From Sphagnum compactum (lineage: Eukaryota): a stretch of DNA of 64,000 nt. The position numbers and the translations under genes are program-made. Positions 38,801 through 51,399 of the stretch are shown here, one piece after another. The stretch lies in NCBI GenBank assembly GCA_965153455.1, contig OZ234494.1, positions 1,550,001 through 1,614,000 of the forward strand. Direction: 5' to 3'. Position 1 is the stretch's first letter. The number at the start of each line of letters is the position of its first letter. Under the pieces are notes generated by a model. That model saw nothing but the letters and a program-made list of their open reading frames with translations, was not told the origin of the DNA and did not search any database.

Positions 38801-41301
38801 CATCTAGAGAATGAAACATATTTTTAAATGAAAATTGTTTTACTTTTAGCACAAGGACATTATAGTATGTATATCTATTCAAATTTTTTATTTGTTTATT
38901 GTTTGGCATTATGTTTAGTTTTGATATATAATACATCCAACCTAAATAAATCTTGAAAATAAAATGGTTTTTACCATGTGATTAGATTAAAATTCACCTT
39001 TCATCCATTTAATCCTTTCATTCCTTCCCATTTTTCAACCCATATTTCATCCATTTCTAAGTTTCATCCATGTTCAAAAAATTGCCAAATGGCAAAATAT
39101 CATCACATCATATTATATTCTTCCAATGTGAAAAAGTATATTCCAAGAATATTATGTACACATGGCAATGGATAGTCCAAAAAATCCTTCTAAGTTTACC
39201 TACTCAAGTTCACCTACTCACAAGCTAACATCGTTGGATATTTAACAAACATTCCAATAAATGAAAGATGAAGATAAAACATAATTAATATGAAAGCTAC
39301 AATATTCTATATCAAATTAATACCAACTACTTTCATTACATCCAATAATTCAAGGCAAAACCAAACAATAAAAAAAGATGTGACACAACCTTCCATCTCC
39401 ATTCCATTCCTTCTTCACAATATCACAATCGTCTCCGTTGCTTAATCTCTTATATTTATCCTTTTTTACATTTTAGGCCCCTATCCAAATCTCCACCACA
39501 TCTCCTAGTTCATTGTCAAACTCATACCAATCGCCTTATCCTTAAGGACTAATTACCCAAGTATCTGCATCCCCCAATTAGGGAATGATAATTAAGTATT
39601 TACTACTAGTAACTAACTAACTATTAAAAGGCCCAATAAACTAGCTAGACTAGGAAATTTACACTCTAACTTGAATTAGAACTTTATTCCAAAATAACTT
39701 CTGAACTTTCGCCCTACAATGGTAATCATCAATGATTAACATTCATCTTGTAAATGAAACACAATAATGTAACCATGTATGGCACAATTTTAGTCAAAGA
39801 ATGTGTGATGTGATGATGTTTTTTCTATTACATGATGCATTAATGAGACAATCGGGATGAAATCCATTGGCTTAATATAGAAAAAAGGGAAAAAAATGTA
39901 TTTGGTTTATTAATGGCACATTCATCAAGATCCGCAAGTGCTGAAACAATGAAGTGCACAAGACTTGATACAATTGGCACAAGAAATTTTACTACATGAA
40001 CAATATTGTGATTCTTGGCCACTGTGGATTATTCATCTACTTGGACACAAACTAAATCATTACAACAAAACCATGGATTTTTCTACAATAACATCATGAC
40101 TAAGCTAGGTTATTTGTTTAACATGACAAACTAATGTTCCATTTTGATTAACAACAAAACTAGGTAGATGTTTGACATTTTTAATAAAAATTAATTATAT
40201 AATCACATTGAACAAAATGTTATACACACATGGTGGATGTTGTGGTCACATGGAGTAGTTTATGTTGACTAATGTAACTAGTTAATATAACGAAAATTAA
40301 TCATCAAAGTATACCACAAGTGGCTATAGTGCTATTACAAGTATACATAATGTTATTTTTTATGTTACAATTTTTTTTAATCTTAAAGCACCATTGTACC
40401 TTGGTGGTTTTTATTTTTATAAATGTTGAAGTTTTCAAGAAAATATTTTACTAAAACATTTTTTTGAAGAATATGAATTTTTTTTGGAATATCTAAAAAT
40501 ATTTTAGTATTTGGAATGGAATTTTAAAACTTACATAATTATTTGACAAACATATCATGAAATCCACCAAGCATGTGTGGATTTTTAGGAAGGGTTAAAA
40601 TAATGATAAGGAGGGCCTATTTTCATGTAGGGCATGTGGAACTCGTGTAGTATGGGAAAAGGGAATTAGGAGGATGATAAAAAGGGATTGGGGATCATTC
40701 CCTTGTATTCAAAATATTATGATTCTACTAGTGGGTACCCGTGACCTTCGGACACTGTGAAGTCCCCCAAAAGTGAGTGGGGGGGGGCAAAGGGGGGGGG
40801 GGGGGAGCAAAAAAAGACAAAATTATCAAATATATTTGGTTGGTTTTGAGTGTGTAGTCAAAGATATAGAAGCATGATTACAGTGCGGTACCCGTGACCT
40901 TCGGACATTATGACGTATGACATCACTTTCTCTTCTATTAACAATATTACGAACTCTATACATAACAAAACAACATAATTCAAAATGTTTATTTTTGAAA
41001 AAAGGTGTAATTTGCTCGTGACCTTCAAGCACTGTGAAGTCCCCCAGTTTCTTTAAACCATATTTATTTCAAAGAAACATTCTGTTTTAAACAACTGCAC
41101 GTCGTGAACGTAGCGGAGCCATTTAGGAGATCACCCCCCCCAGACCCTTAACTGGTTTTTTTTTTCTTTTTGGGGATGGGTTTGTCCCTGTCCACATAAA
41201 TTCCCCGTCTCTGTGCGACAATAATAATAAATCTTTCTCGACTTTTACACAAAAACCGCTCGGGCTTTGAATTTTTTAAAGTCATCGACCACATAAATAA
41301 A

Positions 41302-41332
<31 letters not shown>

Positions 41333-41594
41333 GCAGAGAAAATGAAAACAAATCTGCATGTGCGCAGTAGTCTGGTGACGACACAAAACAATCCAGATAT
41401 ACCCTCCAGTTATCAGAACGGGTACAAATAAACTATTCCCACCCACTGACCCACTACTGGTCCTCCAAAATTCAAACAACCGACTTTGGTCTCTATGAGA
41501 AAGAAAAAACAAACTGGGTAGAGAACCACCGATTCTTATTTTCCGGTTCTTTCGTGAAAACCACCAATTCTGTAAGGTTCTGTTTGGAGATAAC

Positions 41595-41722
41595 TGGAAT
41601 CGACTGTTCTTTAGAAATTGAAAGAACCTCGCAACACTGATCTAAACCTCTGAAGAAGATGGAATTGACGGTTCTTTAAAAATTGAAAGAACCTTGCAAC
41701 ACTGATCTGAACCTCTGAAGAA
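41595..41722. repeat. ~63-bp tandem duplication spanning the end (CAACACTG) of a hAT-type MITE
   Basis: GTTCTTTA.AAATTGAAAGAACCT.GCAACACTGATCT.AACCTCTGAAGAAGA occurs twice. Confidence 0.75.
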
Positions 41723-42236
41723 GAAGATGAAGAAGAAGAAGAAGCAACAACAACAATCGCAGCACCACCAAACAAAAATTGTGAGTGGAAATTTTATTCA
41801 TTCACAGTTCATTTTCACACAAAATTTCCTTCTGTGACTACTTACTTAGTTTATTAGTTTCCTCTTTAGCACCGACGACTCCTTACACCAGCTGTTGCAG
41901 CAGCGGTCATCATCTACTGATCTACTGAGGAACTTGGATGGATTCTGCCACATTCTGAATGATTCACAGATAGAGAAGTCTAGTAATGAACCATTTTCTG
42001 GCCTTCTATGGATGCACATAGTAACTTTTCACATGAACATTGTGCTATGCCAAAGTTGCATATGCCAAGTGGTTTGTGATGTTTGCATACAATGTGTTGT
42101 TTTGCGTGCTTTAGTCAATTTTAAATATATAGAGAATTTGATGGAGCATTTGGAAGCAGCCAGTATGGTGAGTTGTTGTAAGTATCTTAAGGTCCCTGTC
42201 ATCAGCCCTAATGATTCTCCATTGTCTACAAAACAG

Positions 42237-42371
42237 GCATTGAACTTTGCATTTAAGGACTACTTCAAAGCTCTGTTTGGTTACAAAAAGGACAGGGATG
42301 GTTACTGGATGTGGTTTGCTGGAAACCTTGCATCTGGGGCTGCAGCAGGTGCCTCATCAAGTCTCTTTGTG
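42237..42371 (+). pseudogene. AAC: Captured fragment of a mitochondrial ADP/ATP carrier gene (partial exon with upstream intron end)
   Basis: [45 protein letters not shown] follows an acceptor AAACAG|G, and homology ends abruptly at 42371. Confidence 0.9.
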
Positions 42372-42856
42372 ACACATCCTCAGCTGTTACTGCCAACCCA
42401 AGACGTTCTTTCATTGCCTTTGCCACCAACTCATATACCTTAGCTTGCAATTTCTCAACAGCTGGCATTCGATACTTCTTTGATTGCTGCAGCACACCAA
42501 AACCATATGTTTGTCAAGCTCTGCAAGTGGCAAGAGATTTCATATGAGTGCAAGTGCATCACACTTATTGGGCTTGGTTCTTTTGGCCACAGAACCCCTG
42601 CCAAGACTAAAATGCAGAGAGTAAAAAATTGTATATGATTCTGAAAACCAATTTCGTCAGAGGAAAAAAAACTTTGAAATTTTGTTAACAAAAAACTCGA
42701 ATTGAAATTTTCTTTAAATTTAAAAAAAAAAGTGATTATGAAATGACCCACCTTTGTGATGAAGTTGTTTGGAAACACTGGAAAATCCTCACACTGAAAT
42801 CCTGACAAAAGCATCTCTAATGGCATCTTCCAGGAATTCCAAGCAAGAATTGCCTT

Positions 42857-43613
42857 CTAGAAACAAAATAGCAAGCCTATTGTGCACATCCGGAATGTCC
42901 ATACCGGAAGACTCGGATCATCCGTATTGGGAACCGTTCGTCTCACTTGTTCCACTGGCGACTCGTCCACGTTCCCACCCTGTTCCAATGCTTTCAGTCC
43001 CTCCAGTCCCTCCCCCGGACTGCACAAATAGAAATTTTGTTAACAAAAAATTCGAATTGAAATTTTCCAAGCAAGAATTGCTTTCTAGAAACAAAATAGC
43101 AAGCCTATTGTCCACATCCAGAATGTCCATACCGACAGACTCGGATCATCCGTATTGGGAACCGTTCGTCTCACTTGTTCCACTAGCGACTCGTCCACGT
43201 TCCCACCCTGTTCCAATGCTTTCAGTCCCTCCAGTCCCTCCCCCGGATTGCACAAATAGAAATTTTGTTAACAAAAAACTCGAATTGAAATTTTCTTTAA
43301 ATTTAAAAAAAAAAGTGATTATGAAATGACCCACCTTTGTGATGAAGTTGTTTGGAAACACTGGAAAATCCTCACACTGAAATCTTGACAAAAGCCTCAG
43401 AACTTCAAACCTTTCATAAAGTACACGCAAAGCATGTTGAGAAAGAATTTCCAAGTTCTCTAATGGCATCTTCCAGGAATTCCAAGCAAGAATTGCCTTC
43501 TAGAAACAAAATAGCAAGCCTATTGTGCACATCCGGAATGTCCATACCGGCAGACTCGGATCATCCGTATTGGGAACCGTTCGTCTCACTTGTTCCACTG
43601 GCGACTCGTCCAC
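42857..43613 (-). pseudogene. OPT: Three copies of a 114-bp oligopeptide transporter (OPT family) N-terminal fragment (42857-42970, 43085-43198, 43500-43613)
   Basis: VDESPVEQVRRTVPNTDDPSLPVWTFRM(C/W)TIGLLFC matches the conserved OPT SPxEEVRLTVPxTDDPSLPVWTFRMW motif. Each copy ends in a stop. Confidence 0.88.
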
Positions 43614-43660
43614 GAAAACCCACATCAATCCATCTTCTTCTTCTTCTTGTTTTTCTTTGT

Positions 43661-44067
43661 CTTCTTCTTCTTCCTGGCATCCCCCACTTTCCACAACAAT
43701 GGAGGAAGACGGGACGACCGGACACCACCGCAAGAGGATAGTCTTCTTCTTCTTCTCGGCATCCCCCACTTTCCACAACAATGGAGGAAGACGGGACGGC
43801 CGGACACCACCGCAAGAGGACGGTCTTCTTCTTCTTCCCGGCATCCCCCACTTTCCACAACAATGGAGGAAGACGGGACGGCCGGACACCACCGCAAGAG
43901 GACGGTCTTCTTCTTCTTCATGGCATCCCCCACTTTCCACAAAAGTGGAGGAAGACGAGACGGCCGGACACCACCGCAAGAGGACGGTCTTCTTCTTCTT
44001 CCTGGCATCCCCCACTTTCCACAACAATGGAGGAAGACGGGACGGCCGGACACCACCGCAAGAGGAC
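43661..44067. repeat. 82-bp minisatellite, 5 copies (plus a degenerate partial copy at ~44157-44210)
   Basis: GGCATCCCCCAC recurs at 43676, 43758, 43840, 43922 and 44004. Confidence 0.95.
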
Positions 44068-47000
44068 AACCATGCAAAGCTGAGCTGCATGCTGCTGCCA
44101 TCCGTCCTCGTCCTCTTCCATCATCTTCTTCTTCCGGGATGAAGAACTTAGATGGATGGAAGACGGGACGGATGGATGCAAAGGACGACCGGACACCACC
44201 GCAAGAGGACAAAACCTACGATATTATATATATGAGATATTGGATGTGGATAGGAGAATTCTCTTTAGGAAGAAGTGTGTATGTGACATTGAAGAAAGAG
44301 GAGAAGAATGTAAAAATAGAATGTATTTTTATCATTGCAATGGAAAATGGTTGATAGATTCTCATGTCTCTTTGTTGATGTTTTTTGTTTTGTTTAAAAT
44401 ATGAGAGAAATATAGGGAGAATAGTTCATACTAGTACTATATAGAGTTTTGTTGTGATCATATATTAATTTTGAGTTTCTTTGATAAGATTAAGAATACT
44501 ATCTACTTTCTCTGGTAGTTTCTAAAGTAGGAAATACATTCTACCACAAGATGGTAGTTACCACTAGAGGGTAACAACAAAGAGGTAGACTTAATATTTG
44601 AAGCTTACAAGGAATGGAAAGTTACTTTAGACAATAAACAATAATGACATAGGTTCTACAAGCATTATAAAGGGTAGGCAATAGTCACAAAAGGTCTACA
44701 AATGGTAAGTAGCAGTTGCAGCAGGAGGTTTACAAGTGGCCATGGTTTTTTTTAGACAATAATTGTTATAGGATGGTAGTTGCAACATGATGGTAAGCAA
44801 ACATAGGTAGTCCTTACCTTTAAGTCTTTTCATTTTTCATTTTATTTCTTTTCTACCCGACAACCTTTTCCTTGATTATTATTAAGTTGCTAGATTATGT
44901 GGTTTACGTTTGGTGACCATGTGGGGGATCTAGTTTGCCACATCTTGCAATTTTACATTTGGCAACCATTTTGGAGATTTAAGTTGTTGCATCCCATGGT
45001 TTTACAAAGTCTTTTTTTTTTTTGAAATTAAGTATTAAAGCAAATGATAAAATAACATAGTTATGAACATTCATGTTTTCAATTGTTGTTTATAATTGTT
45101 CCAAAAAAATAAAATAAAATTATAAGGGACAACAACTAAAAAAATTAACAAAGAGACATGGAAAAAAAAGAACATTAAAGCAAAAATTTTGTGGGCGCAT
45201 TAATTTTGGTTCCTTTTTTTAAAAATAAAATTTTGTGGGCACATTTGCCTTTTCTGAATAAGCATTCCTATTTAAATCTCAAAAATTAGCAAAACTATAA
45301 CTTTAAATTAAATCAAACTAGCCTGCCCTAAAGGCCTAGACTAACTATCACTATCCAAGCTTTCAAAATTCAACATATGTGTCAAGTGTTTTTTTTCCAA
45401 TTTTGTGAAATAGGTTGACCTGCAATCATCACAAGAGGACTTAGCCAAATTTGGCTAGAGTTTAGTAGAGAAACAAATAGATTTTTTTTCAAACCTCACC
45501 TTTATATGTGTGATTTCAAATTAAATTAAACACCAATGACCACCTTAAAGGCCTACACTAATCATCATTTTCCAAACTTGGCCTCTTTCTTTCCATGGTG
45601 TCCTTGCAACATTTGTGTCTCTTCCAAATTGAGAAGCATCATTTCTTGTATCTTGTGTCACCATGTGATTATCCCAAGGACACACATAAACAAAGCAATT
45701 ATCCCTTCCCATCCCCCCCACCCCCTTAAAGGCCCCTTAACCCTCCTATGCCAAGTAAGACCAATTTGGTCCACCCCTCTCCTAACATTCCAAGCTAGGA
45801 GCACTAGTTTCAATGTTTGACATGCATGGGTTGTAGCTACCATGTCATTGAGTAGAGCTCACCCTTCTAATGAAAGTTTATTGTCTTTGGTTGCTTGTTA
45901 TAAGAATTTTGTGAACTACCCAAGATAGAGGAAGCATTGGGCAACTCTAAAATGTGAAAGTCAGTGACAAGTTTTGCTGCACTATGTTTTCAACATTTTG
46001 AAAACAAAAGTTAAAATACGATGATGGAGTGCCATTTTTCATCACAGTTCCAAATTGTCCGAATTTTTTGTTTGCCCCCAAAAAAGTGAAAATTGATATT
46101 TTTTTCTAAACTTTTCTTGCAAGTTAACCAATTGGATAGTTAACTTTGATCATCCATTAATCATTCATTTCAACTCCTTTTTGGATAAATTTTTCACATG
46201 ACTCATATACATGCCTTTTATCCACCATCAAAGTTTTATTTGTAAATGAAACATCTTGGTTGAAATCTCCAAAAACTTGCAATCTTGAAAAATGTCGAAA
46301 AATAAAAAAGTCTAAACTTTTATTTATTGATTTTTTCCACCAAAACATTCAGCTTGAACTCCTATACAACTCCACAAGTCAGATTTTCAAAATTTCAACA
46401 TTTTACATGACTTTTAAGCACATTTGTGAGAGCTAATCCATTATTTGCATTGAAACTGTTTGGGTCAACTCTCAATTAATAGTTAAACCTTCACAAGGTG
46501 ACATTAGTAAGTGGAAGGTGCCTTCACACTTAAAGAATGAGGCTTTGGGTGCTTCTGCACTTGGGAGGGGTGAGTTATCCTATGATCTATGCATCCAAGA
46601 TTGCTGTGTTATGTAATGCCCTGGCAGCAGGGTGCCATGCACTCAAAACTCTTTTGCACCCACAAATACCTGCCATAGCTACCCTTTGGCAAGACACCTC
46701 TCAGAAGATTTCCTGTTGAAATCATTTTTAGTTGCAACAAATTATAATACAACATCAATTGTTGTATTCAAACATCACTAGTGCCTCAATCACCACACCA
46801 TCCTACTAAACTTAATGAAGCTTACCTCCCCTCTGAGTTCCATAGGAGCCCCACCACTGACAAGAACTTTGAGCTCCTCTCCCTAAGGACATTCATCATG
46901 TACTTCACTTGAGGCCTAATTAGCTCCATCTTAAGCTACATACATGTTATTGTGACCAATTCAACTTGTGCTTATGCAATGCTAATGTCTTCAAAAGGAG

Positions 47001-47914
47001 GGCATTCCTGAAATGCTAGGCTAGGTTTGAGTAGGCTGTACCTAGCCCCTTTATTTTGAGAATGCCTCCACCCAAGGCAAATGGGAATGCATGCATGCAT
47101 AGGCTGGCTCGCTAATTAATTGATATAGGAGCAACTCTAGAGCATGTCTGGCCTCAACAAACCCGACATTATGTTAGTGGGTCGGCCAGTGTGGGCAAAA
47201 GAAATCCTTTAAGAAAAGTCATATCCAGTGTGATTCATATTCATTAGTTGGCGGGCAGGTGCGCGAGCCAAATAGTCTTTTCCTTTGGGCTAGTTATATA
47301 GGTTACCTGAGTAGAGCTTTAAGCAAAGGATATGGAATAAAGTGTGCTACTATTGGGAACATATCGAGAACTTAGGGAACAAATCATGAAGAAAATAAAT
47401 AATCATTGGGAACACACTGGGAACAGCAAAGAACACATTTTTTTGTTTTTGTTTAGGTTGAGCTTCTGGAATGAATGACGTCGTTGATGACCATGTACTC
47501 GAAAGAATGTGGTGGTGTGTTGGATCCCCATTGGATTGCATAAGGAAATTTGCCACAAAGAAGAAAGTCCCATGCATGTGATGGGCCAAGGGTGTGTCTT
47601 TCAACAACCCTTCCAACATGGTCAATGGCAACATACAGGATAAGGGCTCTCCCTCCGGCTAAACCCTAAGTTTGCTCTAGTTTTTTCTTTTCATGTGCTG
47701 GTAGGCCTTAGGATCCTCAGTCTAGGAGAAGGCAGCGTTTCTTTTAAGGATTTTGTGATGTAGCCAAAGTGGTGATCATCCAGAAAGTAATTTAGCCAAA
47801 TAAGAAAACCTAAATATACAAAGGAAAGAACTGGCCAGTTCTTTATTGACAGTGAAGCAGTGTCTCCTATAATGTTCAAATTTGACATTTCTGGGGCTAA
47901 ATATCTCCACTACA

Positions 47915-48133
47915 GCTGCATTCACACTTGGTGTTAGGGGCTATGGTGTTGAGTCCCCTAACACCACTTAGGCTAGCCATTTAGGACTTAAAATTTAGTT
48001 ACCATGAAATTTTTTTTATGTTAAGCCAACATTCACTTAGCATTAAACTATCACCCATTTAACATCAGGTGCCACCTAGGATGCCACCTAGATTTCAATT
48101 TAACACTGACTTAACATCAAGTGTGAATGCACC
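47915..48133. mobile_element. MITE with ~20-bp TIRs
   Basis: TGCATTCACACTTGGTGTTA at left and TAACATCAAGTGTGAATGCA at right. Confidence 0.75.
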
Positions 48134-51100
48134 ATTAAGAGACCTGCTTAAGAAGATACAGGTACCAGTGTAGGTCCTGCTTGTTCACCTGGCCTTCATG
48201 AAGTACCAGAAGACAGTTCGTTTTCTCACTGTTTCCCTTTCATTGTTCCCTTACATGAGAACAAGAAAATAGTCTGCATGATACACTGAAAACCACACTG
48301 ATGCTTTGTTTCTTTCTACTTTCTCCTTTGCCTATTGCTCCCACAATTTCAGTGAAGCAACGCCAGACTATGACCAAACGAAATGAACCAAATGAGTCAA
48401 ATGAACCCATAAACAGATTTAACCACAACTGGGAGGGAGCTCAAGGTCCAAGTTTAGTGTGATGAAACAATGTGTTTGCTATGGCCTTTTCATAGAAATC
48501 AATCATTCTTAATCTCCAGAACTTCATATTTGTTTGTAACTAAACATTCATCATCAAGATATTCAACTAGTTTATTATCTACTATCAAACATGTCAACCT
48601 TATTTTCCACAATTTTTGAAAGGTTAATAATGTTCGTTGTCCACCCACAATTGCACTCTATTCATAGTCCCAATCTATCATTTTGTTACCAGATGCATTC
48701 CACATTTACTTTGATCACATATGCACAACTTAGCATTCCTATTTTGGTGGTTGCTTGCTGAATCTTTGAAAGTTTGACCTTGGTTTCATTTTGTTGTTGT
48801 TGTTCTTGTTGCATCCCAACAATTTGATTTTATTCTTGAATATTGCATATGTGGAAATTGCAGTACCATGCCCATCAAGCCATTATAACTTGGATATACA
48901 AGTCAAATTTTTCTTGCACTAGGAATGAAGTCAACAATATGTAAGAAAGTCCTAAAAAGCACACTTTGTTTGACCTCTTTCCTTCGAAGTGCCATTTTTC
49001 TTCTGAATGTGAGTTGCTGGTAAGATGCAATTGCTTTTGCAGTAGAAATTGTAGAATTGTTATTATGGATGTCCATTGTTGTATTGTTGTGCTGTCTTCT
49101 TTTCTTTTCCCAAACGAACCAAGTTTGGCCATATCATCTACATCATGACTCACATCATTTGTCATTGGCTCCAGAATATCACCCAGCCCAAAACTCATTG
49201 TGCAATTATTTTTCAAATTTGGATTGAAAATTTCAATAATATATTACTTGGCTATCAATCTACTTCAAGATTTTTTAACACTTGAACTTCCTTCTGACAA
49301 CAATATAAACATTTATGTTCAATGAATGTTTCATTATAGGAACCACCTATGTCCACCTATGTAGGCCATGTATGAAAAAGTAAGTCAAGGTGCAGATTTG
49401 ATAGTTTCTTTATGTAACATGACATCTTTTGGAATTACTTTTCTGATTTTGCTATAAAATTAGGATTAGACATCCAACAATGGCAACATGATCAAAACAT
49501 CATTATTTCAGATTAAAATATGATCAGAATTTTGAACAGGATGAAAATATTTCAGAATTTCAGCAAGAGAACAAGTACACAAGGGCCAATTGGTGTTTTG
49601 TAATTGAAATTACAACAATGGTAGCAGAGACTTTAATTTCAGTAAGTTGAGCACTCAAGTCCTGTAAAATCCAACAAGCAGTTTCAGAAATTTTATTTTT
49701 CCCAACTACCCATTTCGGAAATTATTTAAAACTGAACACCAACGAGAGGTATGGTACTAACTACTAACCATGTACATGAGTCTACTTAGTTAGGTGAACT
49801 TTAGACGCTTAAAAGACCACTTTGGGTTGCATCAATTGCCCCTTGGCCTTCAAGCCTCAAGGGCTATCTAACTGGGTAGTGGGGGCGCCTAGCTAAAGTA
49901 TGATGCATTTTAAGTCCATATAGTTCAACCCTTCAAATAGGTGCACAAAAGTGGCTTCATAAAAGCCCAAAACTGAGCGATTAAAACCCAATCATGACCA
50001 TGGACCACAATGAGGTCATGCTAATGGGTGCCACAATGTGAGCTGCTAAGTCAGCAGGTTCAGATCTCAAATCTCAACTGGACACCTTCCCCTCACGCTC
50101 TGTGAGGACAGTCAACTACCCTGGTGATTAAGGTTGAGGTCCTGTTGCCAGAGTTATCAATACCAAAATGGGCTGGCTGGATACCACCAAAGGACTACAG
50201 CTGCAATGTTGTTCAGGGTCTAGTTGGAGATTTGAAAGTCAGATCTAAAATTCAACAGCAGCATTGAAGTGTGAGTTTTGAGGTCTGCAATTTCTTTTCA
50301 GGGCTTGTTGAGGCCCAACTGTTTGATCTGCTCTCACAACAGGTCAGCATGCAGAAGGATTGAAACAGAAATCCAGGTGTTACCAAATAGAACTCTCTCA
50401 TTCAATACCTTTATTATTCATGTTTTCAATTAATATTTTATGTGCTCAGTAGCTATTTCGACTAAAGAATAGAGCTTTGGGCAAAGCATATGGGGTAAAA
50501 TGTGTTGCATCTTGTAGTGTGCAAAATGCAACAACTATTCACTGAACCAATTCTTGTACTCATTCATGTACCACTTAGTCAAGTTACTATCACTTTCCTA
50601 GTTCATGCAACAAACTATTGAAAGAGGGCATGCACATGATTATGGATCTAGAAGTTTGTGTGTGAAAACATACCAACCTCAAACACTTTAAGATAAAATG
50701 CATTGGGTGATTTCTATAAGAATATAAACCATGTTCCCAAACAAAATATGATTGGAAGTTTTCTAGTCAAAAGTGCATATGTTTAACTACTTATAGAGTT
50801 TGGTGGATTTGATACCATAACCTACCATCGAAAGGTTCTTGATTTTTTTATTTGTCTTTCACTCAACATTCACCAAGCATAACCTCTAGCCTCAAGGGGA
50901 CAATAAGTTTTAAAATTTTACACTACTTGTGTCAAACAATGTATTTTTGGGGGTATTATGTTGTGCACTACCGTGTTGGTGAGGACAATTATTATTGTCT
51001 ACACACACATCACAAATGATAGAAACAACCCTAATGGTGCATCATCTCCAAACGACCCCCCTATCTAGGATAAAATCCCCCTAAGCTAGATAATAAATTA

Positions 51101-51399
51101 GAAATCCCTCTTGTAAATCTACTAAAGATGAACACGTTGATTTAAGGTGGAATGATTAGTAGGTCAGGTGTAAAGGTGAGCTTCATCATAAGTTGCTTAA
51201 TTATAATCCCCCCAAATCTTCAACCAAATGTGCATTGTCATGAAGAAAAACTTAGGTGATTTCCTACTACCTAATTATAGAAGGTCACAAGTTTATTTTG
51301 TGAATCAAGGGCAAAACCATTTTCTAACTAGTACTTCATTCAAAGGTAGTGTTATGCATTCCGTATGCTAACCTTTTGAACATTAATCACACACTAACA

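Larger units (their letters stand above)
40728..44237 (-). mobile_element. Non-autonomous Helitron carrying captured gene fragments and a minisatellite
   Basis: On the minus strand the 5' end is A|TCTCATATATATAAT at 44237 and the 3' end is CAGTGTCCGAAGGTCACGGGTACCCACTAG|T at 40728 (GC hairpin ~11 nt before CTAG). Insertion between A and T with no TSD. No RepHel ORF. Confidence 0.82.

Noticed and set aside
41895-42443. 182-aa ORF as a functional ADP/ATP carrier
   Set aside because: Only ~45 residues are AAC-like. The rest is intron and unrelated captured DNA.
43661-44067. Regular repeats superficially like a CRISPR array
   Set aside because: The units are contiguous near-identical 82-mers with no unique spacers, the context is eukaryotic and there are no cas genes.
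48550-49300. Possible Mutator-like transposase remnant on the minus strand
   Set aside because: Too degenerate to support by eye.
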